Assembly (NCBI GenBank): GCA_001871415.1
Contig: MNWW01000028.1
Span: forward strand, 1 to 35,105
Source: Candidatus Woesearchaeota archaeon CG1_02_57_44
GTDB lineage: Archaea; Nanobdellota; Nanobdellia; Woesearchaeales; CG1-02-57-44
Direction: 5' to 3'
DNA length: 35,105 nucleotides
In this document: piece by piece, positions 8,338 through 16,984 of the stretch
Position numbering within the stretch: position 1 is the first letter of the stretch
Layout of the letters: each line of letters opens with the position of its first letter
Notes under the pieces: generated by a model
Databases searched by the model: none
Told to the model about the DNA's origin: nothing
What the model saw: only the letters and a program-made list of their open reading frames with translations
Translations under genes and position numbers: made by a program

Positions 8338-9108
8338 TCACCTCGTGAGTTTTTGCCAGAACAACTGCCCCATGATCCTGATCCCGTTGAGCGTGCGCTG
8401 TCCCTTGCGCAGCGAGTAGTCTGTGTAGATGGCCTTGATGGGAATCTCTGTCGTGCGTAGCTTGTTCCTGCCAATCTCCTTGATGATCTCGCTGGACACT
8501 TCCATCCTGTTGGTACGGATGGAGATTTTCTGCGCGCCCGCGCGTGAGAATCCACGAAGTCCGCTTTGGGTATCGCTGCAGCGAACACCAAAGAGCAGGT
8601 ACGTTAGGATATTCAGGACGCGGTTGCCCGCTTTTCGGACAAACGGCATGCCTTCTGTCTCCGTGCCGATGAGTCTGCTGCCGATGACCGCGTCATAGCC
8701 CGAAGCGACCGTGTCAGCGACCCTTCTTGCGTCCCGTGCCAGATGCTGGCCATCAGCGTCCACCGTGACCAGGATGTCAGCGTCATTCGCGAGCGCTGCC
8801 GCAAACCCCGTTCCCAGGGCGCCGCCTAGCCCACGGTTGATGGGATGGGAATACACTGTCGCGCCAGCTTTACGTGCGACCGCCGCTGTCGCATCAGCGC
8901 TGCTGTCATTGATGACAAGGACGACGAACCCTTCTGCTTTCAGGTCTTTGATGACCTTGGCGATGGTCTGCTCCTCATTGTAGGCGGGAACGATCGCGAC
9001 GCGCTTCAGGTGTGCGATGCGCCTGTTTTTTGTGCCGCCGAGTGATTTGCTGGCGGCGCGCACCCTGCCTGTTGAAGCGCTTGGGGCCCTGCGCAGACTG
9101 CGGTTCAT
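8338..9108 (-). CDS. Glycosyltransferase family 2 (dolichol-phosphate sugar synthase-like)
   Basis: Motifs IVPAYNEE, INDSSAD, NRGLGGAL, VDADGQH, VIGSR and SDTQSGLR. Start at ATG 9108 is supported by a TATA-like TTTTATAC about 22 nt upstream. Confidence 0.93.
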   Translation of the reverse strand: MNRSLRRAPSASTGRVRAASKSLGGTKNRRIAHLKRVAIVPAYNEEQTIAKVIKDLKAEGFVVLVINDSSADATAAVARKAGATVYSHPINRGLGGALGTGFAAALANDADILVTVDADGQHLARDARRVADTVASGYDAVIGSRLIGTETEGMPFVRKAGNRVLNILTYLLFGVRCSDTQSGLRGFSRAGAQKISIRTNRMEVSSEIIKEIGRNKLRTTEIPIKAIYTDYSLRKGQRTLNGIRIMGQLFWQKLTR

Positions 9109-9178
9109 GCATGCACGAGAATGGAAGTGGGTATAAAAAACCTGTTGTGGGCTACGCAGAGGGACTTGATGCAGTGGT

Positions 9179-12100
9179 CTATCCGACTGTTCCCGCAAGC
9201 CCCGCGCTCGCTTCAGTACTGTTGGCCGTCGTGTCCGCTGCAGAACCGCTGCTTGTGCCATTGTCCGCATTGCCATCAGCCGTGCTCTCTGTCGCATTCA
9301 TGGCCGTCTCATCCTGCGCAGGCTGATCGAGCGAATATACGATGTTCTTCTCCTTTCCTTCCCAGTCCACCTTCCAGACATAGATCTCGTTGCCGATGAT
9401 GCTGCGCTCATAGGTGAATGGCTTGAAGTGCGAGAGCCCATGGCCCTTCAGGAAGAACAATCGCGTGAAGATGCTCTTAGCTGTCTCGGGGCTGGCGAGC
9501 GTGACCATGAACTCATTGTTTCCCGTCGGAATGAGGGTGACGCCGATGCTCATGCTGCTGTTCGAGGTCTTCACCTGAACGCCTTGTTCATCCGGATACA
9601 CATAGACCTGAGGTATCACCATGCCTTGCTGCGTGCCCACCAGGGCTGTGTTGCTGGTTGTGTTGATGGCCACCGGGCCGCAGATGAGCATGTCTCCCTG
9701 CGGATTGCAGCCCTGCGCGCCGCCCTGGAATCCCGGCCAGGGCGCTATCCACTGGTTGATGGATTCCTCATTCGGCAGCGAGGTGATCTCGAAGTAGAGT
9801 CTCTCTGCGTCCACGGCATCGCTGACCAGTCCTTTGTCTATGAGTGCCTTGACGCCAGCGTCTTTCTTGAGGCCTGCGACAGCGTTGACCATGGCCGAGC
9901 GCGTGAAGTTCCAGGATCCAAAGTGGCCCCACACACCGCTCTTGCCGATCATATCTTCGCTCGTGATGAAGTAGTTCTCCGGCGGCTCGCAGTGCGTACC
10001 CGCGAGCACGACCTGCGCGTCAGCTTCGCTCAGGCCGGTGCCGAGCAGGTACTGATGCGCATCTTCCTTGTCCATGAGGATGGTCTTCTTGAGCGTATCC
10101 ACTGCCTTGAGCCCATCGCCGTAGGTCTCCTCAAGGAAATTGCCTGTCTCATCAGAATTGCAGTCAAGCATGCGCAAAATGCCCATGGCTTCATCCTCAT
10201 TGTCTGTGAGCAGCACACGTCCTATCCAGTGCGCCATGGGTGTGCTCTGGCTCGCGCCATCGAATGTGACGCCGCGCTGCGTGATGTACTTGAAGTGGTG
10301 CCCGAAGTCCCACCAGGAGTTGACGATGGCCGTTGGTTCTGATTCCATGCGTATCTTGCTGAGCGCGTTCCACCAGGCATCATTGATGATGGGTATCTCT
10401 CCGAGGGAATTCGCGCTTGCCGCTTGCAATGGTTTGATGAGCACTAGGGAAAGACCGACGATGAGCACGACCGAGACGAGTGTCTTGTTGATGGAGAACT
10501 GCTTGCTCATCCAGGACGTGCCATAGCGGTGCAGAAGCCCTGTGGCGATGCCCACGCCGATGACATAGGCAGGCACGAGCATGAGGATGAAGCGCACGCC
10601 GCTGAAGGTCGAGTAGATGATACCAAGGTACCAGACCACGAACAGGATGGCGAACTTGACATCACGCTGCCCTCTGATGTCGCGGGTGAAGAGCAGCAGG
10701 ATGACGCCAAGGATGCTCAGGTAGAACAGGAACGGTGTGCCCAGCGTGTTGATTATCTGCTGCAGGTTGCCGACTGGATTCAGCTCGGCGACGGTCGTGT
10801 AAACATTGGGCCAGATGGTGGCTTGTGTCGCGTTCTTGATGCTCAGGAACGCGAACGGTCCCAAAAACGCCTGCAGCCAGAGCTTGAAGTTGCGCATGAA
10901 CAGGCCGGTGAAGATGATGGTGCTGACAAAGACCAGGCCGAAGGTGAGAACGACGCTCTTGACGCTGGGGTCTTGGAAGAACTCCTTCAGGATATTCTTG
11001 CGCAAGGTCTTTTTTGCCCAGCCGCTTTGGTAGCACAGATACAGGAACAGGCCAAGCGCGAGCACCAGCATCCAGATGAAGAGTCCATGCGGCCAGCCGC
11101 GAAGCGCCCACCAGAGCAGTACGGCGATGCCTTCCGACACGATGAGAGCGATGCCTTGCGCGCGCAGCGATGCCCGGAATTCCGGGCGTCTCCAGATATA
11201 GTTTATCCAGGTGTAGAGCAGATAGCCAAGCACGGTGACGATGATGAAGTCGAAGACGAACCACCAGCCGCCCCAAGCAAAGGAGTACATGCCAAAGGCC
11301 AGGCCGGTGAGGATACTGTAGATGGTGCGTGTCCGTGGTGTGTTCGCTTCAAACGCTTCCATGAAAAGCCAGAGGGCAAGGACGGGAAATACGACATTGA
11401 CGATGTCATTGTCTGAGCCGAATGTCCTGCTGAGGATGAACGGGTGGATGCCGATGTAGATGGCGGCGATGGTAGCGCCGAAGTCGCCGGCGATGCGGCG
11501 TGTGAGGAAGAAGACTGCGATGATGGACAGGATGCCAAAGACCCATGGCGTGAGGAACGCTGCCTGCATGGTGGTGATGCTGCTGTGGAATGTCTTGAAG
11601 ATGCGATACAGGTACGCTTCGGCGTAGGGGTAGAGTGATGGTGACGTGCTTGAGCCGTGCGGCGCGGTCATCAGGTTGTCCCAGAGTGCGCCGTCCTTGA
11701 TGGTGTCTCCCACATGGCCATGGTCCAGGATGTTCTCTGCCTGGCGCAGCCAGAAGTAGGAGTCGATGTCTGCTAGGTATGTGTAGCCCTGGTCGTTCTT
11801 GAAGTGCTGCTTGAACTGCTGGGATACCTGGGCGACCTGCTGGTCCACCGCGTCCTTGTTCTGGCCGTAAAACTGCGTGAGCTGCTGCTCGACAATGGCG
11901 TTCTTATTCGCGTCAGGCAGGCTGGGATATTGCTGATCCACGCCGGCGCGGATCTGGGAGCGGTAGTTGTTGAACACGGCGTCGTGGGCCCAGCGGTCGG
12001 TGATGGGCAGATCGTTGGGGAAGTTCCTGAAATGGAACATGAAGGCGACCGCGAAGATGATGAGGATGATGGCCCGATACTTCTTTACCAGGTCAAACGC

Positions 12101-12547
12101 GCCGGAGACGTTGAACCCGAGATCTTCATCGTCACCCGATGTATGGGTGCGTGGGCTTGCGTCTTTTGATGCGCGGGCGCTTGCGGTCTGCTTGCCGGTC
12201 TTCTGCTTGCGGCTGAACAATTTACCGATGCCGGAGAAATCTATGGCTAGGTCATCATCGTCAGCCTTTGCGGGGGGGCGAGCGCTCACAGGCGCGGCGG
12301 ATGCTGATGAGGGGGCTGCCCCTTTTTGGGGTGGGTGCTCTGGTGCTATGTGAGCATGGTGCACCGGCGGTCGCGCAGAAGGCGACTCTTTCTTTTCAGT
12401 GCTGGAGGGGGCTGCGGTTGAACCGACAGATCCCGATGAGGAGGTGTCCGGATTCTTGCGCTCCTGCTTCTTGTTTTTCCAGAAAGCGAGCTTTCCCAGA
12501 TCGATGCTCAGATCGTCGTCGTTTGATTCGTCTTCCACAATGGCCAC
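9179..12547 (-). CDS. aglB: Oligosaccharyltransferase AglB (STT3 family)
   Basis: Many TM helices plus DIDSYFW, SDND, TVAE (TIXE-like), SWWDFGH (WWDYG-like), DGAS and DMIGK (DK-like) motifs. GTG start lies 25 nt after a TTTAAATA box. Confidence 0.95.
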   Translation of the reverse strand: MAIVEDESNDDDLSIDLGKLAFWKNKKQERKNPDTSSSGSVGSTAAPSSTEKKESPSARPPVHHAHIAPEHPPQKGAAPSSASAAPVSARPPAKADDDDLAIDFSGIGKLFSRKQKTGKQTASARASKDASPRTHTSGDDEDLGFNVSGAFDLVKKYRAIILIIFAVAFMFHFRNFPNDLPITDRWAHDAVFNNYRSQIRAGVDQQYPSLPDANKNAIVEQQLTQFYGQNKDAVDQQVAQVSQQFKQHFKNDQGYTYLADIDSYFWLRQAENILDHGHVGDTIKDGALWDNLMTAPHGSSTSPSLYPYAEAYLYRIFKTFHSSITTMQAAFLTPWVFGILSIIAVFFLTRRIAGDFGATIAAIYIGIHPFILSRTFGSDNDIVNVVFPVLALWLFMEAFEANTPRTRTIYSILTGLAFGMYSFAWGGWWFVFDFIIVTVLGYLLYTWINYIWRRPEFRASLRAQGIALIVSEGIAVLLWWALRGWPHGLFIWMLVLALGLFLYLCYQSGWAKKTLRKNILKEFFQDPSVKSVVLTFGLVFVSTIIFTGLFMRNFKLWLQAFLGPFAFLSIKNATQATIWPNVYTTVAELNPVGNLQQIINTLGTPFLFYLSILGVILLLFTRDIRGQRDVKFAILFVVWYLGIIYSTFSGVRFILMLVPAYVIGVGIATGLLHRYGTSWMSKQFSINKTLVSVVLIVGLSLVLIKPLQAASANSLGEIPIINDAWWNALSKIRMESEPTAIVNSWWDFGHHFKYITQRGVTFDGASQSTPMAHWIGRVLLTDNEDEAMGILRMLDCNSDETGNFLEETYGDGLKAVDTLKKTILMDKEDAHQYLLGTGLSEADAQVVLAGTHCEPPENYFITSEDMIGKSGVWGHFGSWNFTRSAMVNAVAGLKKDAGVKALIDKGLVSDAVDAERLYFEITSLPNEESINQWIAPWPGFQGGAQGCNPQGDMLICGPVAINTTSNTALVGTQQGMVIPQVYVYPDEQGVQVKTSNSSMSIGVTLIPTGNNEFMVTLASPETAKSIFTRLFFLKGHGLSHFKPFTYERSIIGNEIYVWKVDWEGKEKNIVYSLDQPAQDETAMNATESTADGNADNGTSSGSAADTTANSTEASAGLAGTVG

Positions 12548-12571
12548 TGGGTTTTCGCAGAAACGGACGGC

Positions 12572-13903
12572 TTATTTAAACATTTTGATTGCAAGAAACA
12601 GCAGCCGCGGCTCGGCTGCGAGCAACCGAAGACCGAATTGCGTGGGATAATCCCGGTCATGATCGCGGAAGATGCGCGCAACGCGCGGCTTGCCGCACAG
12701 TCGTATGAGCTTATTGAATTGGGCGTCGCTCATGGTGTCCATGGCATGGCGTAGGCGAAGGCCCATGGCAAGGTCTGCGTGCAGGGCTTTTTTCCAGCGT
12801 CGCTCGTAGCTGTCTCCCGCGATGAGTGCGTCGACCGCGCAGCGTGCCGCGGTGGCGCCCTGGATGATGCCTCCGAAGGTGGTGGGTTTGACCTGCGTCG
12901 CAGCGTCGCCGATGAGCAAGACGCGCATACCTGGTGATGGTGTCTTTCCTGTCTGCGCTCCCGGGTCAGCCGGGCGCACAACAGTCTCTGTCCGCAGCAG
13001 GGGATTATAGACCGGGATGATGCCTCCTTGATGGCCGATGGTGCGCGCCCGGTAATCGTTGCCCAGGTACTGTTTCTGGAACGCGTTGAACGCTTCTGCA
13101 GGATTGCCATACGTGCACATGCCTGCGCGCACCGTGTCCGGGCCTTCAGGCACTATCCAGGCGATGACTTCCTTGTGCGGGAAGAACTCGATGATGCCCT
13201 TGTGCTTGTGCCGCACGACGGTCTGCGGCGCGTTGACAAAGGCGCGCTTGCCTGCCATGCCAGCGCCTCCGGGCAGATCATCGCGCTCATAGATGCCCGC
13301 TGCCTTGGCGACCAGCGACCGTGGGCCGTCAGCGCCGATGAGCGCGCTGGCCTTGATGCGAAGGATGGCGCTCCTGTGCGCAGAGGTGTCTGATATCTGC
13401 GGCCGACCTGTCGCAGCTACGCCCTCTGTCGCCGCGGCGCCCTTCTTCTCCACCAGCACCTCGCCAGTATCTTTATCTATCCCGACGAAGCGGTGGCGAA
13501 GCAGCAAGGTAGCCCCCGCTGTCTCAGCCCTGCGCGCGAGCATCGCGTCGAACGCGTTGCGATAGACGACGTAGTCGCCCTTGAGCGGGATGTCCGCGTG
13601 ACTGCCGTCAGGCGCGTACACCCAGGTGCCTTTGGCGACGAACGCGGTGACAGAATCAATATCCTGTTCCGATAGCTCCGTTGCCTTGAGCACCGACCGG
13701 GTGAGGATGCCCGTGCACTGGATGGGATCGCCCACAGAGGCGTGCTCTTCCAGCAAAATGACTTTTTTGCCCTGGCGTGCCAGCAGCCAGGCGGCCATGC
13801 TGCCCGCTGGTCCCGTGCCGACAACCACGACTGGACGTTCAGTAGAATGATTTCCAGTATGGTTCTTGGTGCCTGATTGCCTGTCTGAGACTGTTGTTGT
13901 CAT
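12572..13903 (-). CDS. Geranylgeranyl reductase family FAD-dependent oxidoreductase
   Basis: Motifs VVGTGPAGS, IQCTG, RNAFDAMLARRA, IGADGPRS, AWIVP and IGDAATQVKPTTFGGI. Start at ATG 13903 has a GGGAG SD-like element upstream. Confidence 0.9.
   Translation of the reverse strand: MTTTVSDRQSGTKNHTGNHSTERPVVVVGTGPAGSMAAWLLARQGKKVILLEEHASVGDPIQCTGILTRSVLKATELSEQDIDSVTAFVAKGTWVYAPDGSHADIPLKGDYVVYRNAFDAMLARRAETAGATLLLRHRFVGIDKDTGEVLVEKKGAAATEGVAATGRPQISDTSAHRSAILRIKASALIGADGPRSLVAKAAGIYERDDLPGGAGMAGKRAFVNAPQTVVRHKHKGIIEFFPHKEVIAWIVPEGPDTVRAGMCTYGNPAEAFNAFQKQYLGNDYRARTIGHQGGIIPVYNPLLRTETVVRPADPGAQTGKTPSPGMRVLLIGDAATQVKPTTFGGIIQGATAARCAVDALIAGDSYERRWKKALHADLAMGLRLRHAMDTMSDAQFNKLIRLCGKPRVARIFRDHDRDYPTQFGLRLLAAEPRLLFLAIKMFK
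12573..12586 (-). promoter_or_regulatory. Putative TATA box/BRE for aglB overlapping the end of the upstream CDS
   Basis: Minus strand reads AAAATGTTTAAATA, similar to AAAAGGTTTAAATA at 25337-25350. It lies 25 nt upstream of the aglB GTG. Confidence 0.6.
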
Positions 13904-13987
13904 TGAGATATCTCCCTGACCTAGTACTGCTTGGCTATTTGCCGCCTTATCGCTTCCTGCGCAGGAGCATGGTCCTGTGTACATGCG

Positions 13988-14017
13988 CATTGGCCATCAG
14001 CCCATTGGCCATCAGCC
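13988..14017. repeat. Perfect 15-bp direct repeat (2 copies) in a divergent promoter region
   Basis: cattggccatcagcc at 13988-14002 and 14003-14017. Confidence 0.9.
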
Positions 14018-14172
14018 ATATTATAATATAGTTATCGGATATCCTACCCCCGGCAAGGGGGTGTTTTCATTGGACAATGGCAACAAACACAATGTTTATA
14101 TACGGTGCGAGAATATTCACTCCACTATGGGGACTCATGATGCGATTGCGACAATCTTGGTGAGGAGGTGCT

Positions 14173-16908
14173 ATGATGGCTCCTAGACTACCGCAAGGCA
14201 ATCCTGATCTGGACACGATAGTGCGTCAGTTTGCCAGAGATATCAACAGTGCAAAACCGATACGTCCCTTGATGTTGCCAAAGGGTTTTCGCGCTACTGT
14301 CGATGATCCAGAGACATATCTTCCTCCTGAGCCAAGAGTACAATCTCTGGGAAGGCGCATAGCGACCGGGCTCCTGGCAGGCTTATCTTCCCTTCTTCCA
14401 ATAGCTGGCTATGCAGGGTTGGCTGCCGCGCTGGACGGCGCGTTCACCCATAGTGCCGCAGCGGCGACACCTGTCCCGGCTTCATCGTATAGCGCAGTCT
14501 CTTCGTTCCATCCTGGGGCCGACATTCACGTCGCAACTGCAGAACCAGCCACCGGTCCATGGCTCCCCGGCAAGGGCCCGCATGCCGTGACTGTCGAGGG
14601 TGTCGCTTCATCGACGCAGACAAGTTCTTCTTACTCAAGCACCACGAGCGTCCCCTCGCAGCTCATCCTGTATGGCTCTGCCGACGAGGGTGAGCGCATC
14701 AACCTGCCTTCTGATCTCAGGGCAATGGTGGCCTCTGGCGGCCCGCCTCTGCCGCTGGCCTATCAGGTGCCAGGGCTCACGCCCAAAGGGCGCATCGCCT
14801 ATTCCACTATTGCTCGTGCGCTTCGCTCAGCAAATACAGCCAGTGCGCACGGCGCATCTACCATCGATCTCGAGACGCGTTTGGGTGACGGAAGGTATGT
14901 GGCGCTCGCTAGCGCTCGGAATCAGCCAGGAGTCATCAATGACCTGACACCATTGGTCAGCGCCGTCGCTGGTATGTGTGGCATCGACCTGTTCACGGGC
15001 TCAAGGGTCCCGCATCTGACGCCCGGGCGCGCCAATGAGTATGAAGATGTCCGCCACAGCAGCGTCGCTGCTGCCATAGCGTGGGGTGCTCCTGTCGAGG
15101 CCTTCGAGGACCTCTATCAGGACGCGGTGAGCGCGAATCCAGTTCATCTTAGCCGCGCTGAGGCCGCCCAGGTTATAGGCTGGTTCAACCAGGTCTTCGT
15201 GGGCGCATACACCAATCGCGGCACAGGGAAGACCGAGCGCTATGCTGCCGCGGATGTCGCAGACTGGTTTGACCGGGAAGCGAGGCCGAGCACTGCGCGC
15301 TACGGGCCGGGTGGCGCAGATCCCGTGACCCGGGAGCTGGTCTTTGATGCTGGCGTTCCTACCATGAAGATGACCTTCTCTGAACGTAGTCAGGGCGTAT
15401 TCACTCCAGATCAGGGCGGACGCTATGCGGATCCGATGACGGGCCAGCACTATGATGTGGCACTGGCACACCTGTCAACCGAGGATGGCCTGACCACCTC
15501 CTATGGCGTCGATATCCGGGTGAAGGAGGGACGCATGCAGCCACAGGAGGTCGACGCATGGAACAACCTGAAGCGGCTCGCCTATGAGCGCTTTGCCCCG
15601 CGATACAGCAGCCTGCGCATCGACCTGCGCACCGGGCAGGTGACGACCACGATAACCAATACCACCACCGTCGCTGGACTCGCTGTCCCGCAGCCGCAGA
15701 ACACGCCGCCGACAGCACAGTTGTACTTGCAGGGTCATCAACAGCTAAGCACCGTGCAACCTATCACTATCGCAACGGGTCTCGAGGGCGTCGTCAATGA
15801 CGCTGAGACGCCAGGTCAGCTGCGTGTCCGTTGGGACCTGGTGCAGGACCAGATGAGAGTGGGCGGCGTTGATTGGCAGTCCGCGGGCGCGCAGGGCGCG
15901 ACATCGATCAACTGGCCAGATGAACTTTCCTCAGGGAGTTACGAAGTGGTGCTTCGCGTGCAGGATCCCCAGGGCGCTGAAGGTATTGCGTATGGTGTGG
16001 TCACGCTCGGCCAGGCAGGTCCGCTCGTCGTAGCGCAACCAGCCCCTGGCAACAACGCGCCCAAGCTCGCTATAGTCTACAACTGCGACCAGAGCGGTTT
16101 TCTCTGGCGCTACCCGGGGACGAATGAGACCGTGCCCGTTACCTACGACGGACTGCTGCGCTCCGGTGCGGTATCTCCTGAGCGCCTGCGCGATATGCAA
16201 CAGGCGTTCCATGTGACTGGCTCGGATTCACGCGTCATAGCGTATCCAGGCACGGGCCAGATGGTGCTGCCCGCGCAGCGCAACACAGACCATACGGATG
16301 TGGACGTGTTCTTTGTCGGCACTGATGCTGACAGTCAGCCGCTGTCCCTGACGGGCGTCATGCTCGCGCAGATGCACATCCTCGGCACGCGCGGACTCAT
16401 CGAGGTCGATCATCAGGTTCCACACTATGTGATCCCTGCGGCGTCCGTGCCCTCCTATCTGTCACTGGAGCTGGGTCTTGACCCGGGCGCTGATGTGTCC
16501 ATCTGGGCATTTCCCGACCGCGAGCTGACGCATCCGTATTTCCAGCAGCAGGTGAGCCATCCGATCCCCGTGCTGGGCTCGTTATTCCCCGGAGCTGACA
16601 GGATCTTCCGCTACACTGATACGGAGAACGTCGGCGTGGGTATGCCGTATATCTGCGCTGGCACCGCATATGATCCGATGGGCGCGCGGGGCAACGCGAG
16701 CAACAAGCTCAATGTGATACCCAACCAAGTCGTATACGAGGACGCGCAGATAACTCTGCTTGATGTCATGCTGGGCGCTTATCTTGCGCGCTTTTTGCCA
16801 GGACCCGGAGGCATCCATGTGCCCGGGCATCATCACCCTGGCGGGAACGGCGGCAACAGTGGCATCACCGGCGGGCAGTCCGACGGCAATGTGTTCGGCG
16901 GGCAGTGA
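14173..16908 (+). CDS. Large exported hypothetical protein with a PKD/Ig-like module and Gly-rich C-terminus
   Basis: 911-aa ORF with GAGGAGGTG SD upstream and TTTATATA at 14095-14102. Hydrophobic segment after GRR, Ig-like NTPPTAQ...VRWDL...GSYEVVLRVQDPQG, and a Gly/His-rich tail. Confidence 0.8.
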   Translation: MMAPRLPQGNPDLDTIVRQFARDINSAKPIRPLMLPKGFRATVDDPETYLPPEPRVQSLGRRIATGLLAGLSSLLPIAGYAGLAAALDGAFTHSAAAATPVPASSYSAVSSFHPGADIHVATAEPATGPWLPGKGPHAVTVEGVASSTQTSSSYSSTTSVPSQLILYGSADEGERINLPSDLRAMVASGGPPLPLAYQVPGLTPKGRIAYSTIARALRSANTASAHGASTIDLETRLGDGRYVALASARNQPGVINDLTPLVSAVAGMCGIDLFTGSRVPHLTPGRANEYEDVRHSSVAAAIAWGAPVEAFEDLYQDAVSANPVHLSRAEAAQVIGWFNQVFVGAYTNRGTGKTERYAAADVADWFDREARPSTARYGPGGADPVTRELVFDAGVPTMKMTFSERSQGVFTPDQGGRYADPMTGQHYDVALAHLSTEDGLTTSYGVDIRVKEGRMQPQEVDAWNNLKRLAYERFAPRYSSLRIDLRTGQVTTTITNTTTVAGLAVPQPQNTPPTAQLYLQGHQQLSTVQPITIATGLEGVVNDAETPGQLRVRWDLVQDQMRVGGVDWQSAGAQGATSINWPDELSSGSYEVVLRVQDPQGAEGIAYGVVTLGQAGPLVVAQPAPGNNAPKLAIVYNCDQSGFLWRYPGTNETVPVTYDGLLRSGAVSPERLRDMQQAFHVTGSDSRVIAYPGTGQMVLPAQRNTDHTDVDVFFVGTDADSQPLSLTGVMLAQMHILGTRGLIEVDHQVPHYVIPAASVPSYLSLELGLDPGADVSIWAFPDRELTHPYFQQQVSHPIPVLGSLFPGADRIFRYTDTENVGVGMPYICAGTAYDPMGARGNASNKLNVIPNQVVYEDAQITLLDVMLGAYLARFLPGPGGIHVPGHHHPGGNGGNSGITGGQSDGNVFGGQ

Positions 16909-16984
16909 GCGCGCGCAGGATGCGCGCAGGGACGCAAGAAGACAAGGAAGTCCGACAGGATCAGGACAGACGGAGTGGAATGAC

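Noticed and set aside
8007..9297. Extended N-termini in the ORF track (8591 and 9297; likewise 315, 5859, 13990, 16760, 31730)
   Set aside because: They overlap neighbouring genes or promoters. Downstream ATGs fit the SD/TATA spacing and the domain starts better.
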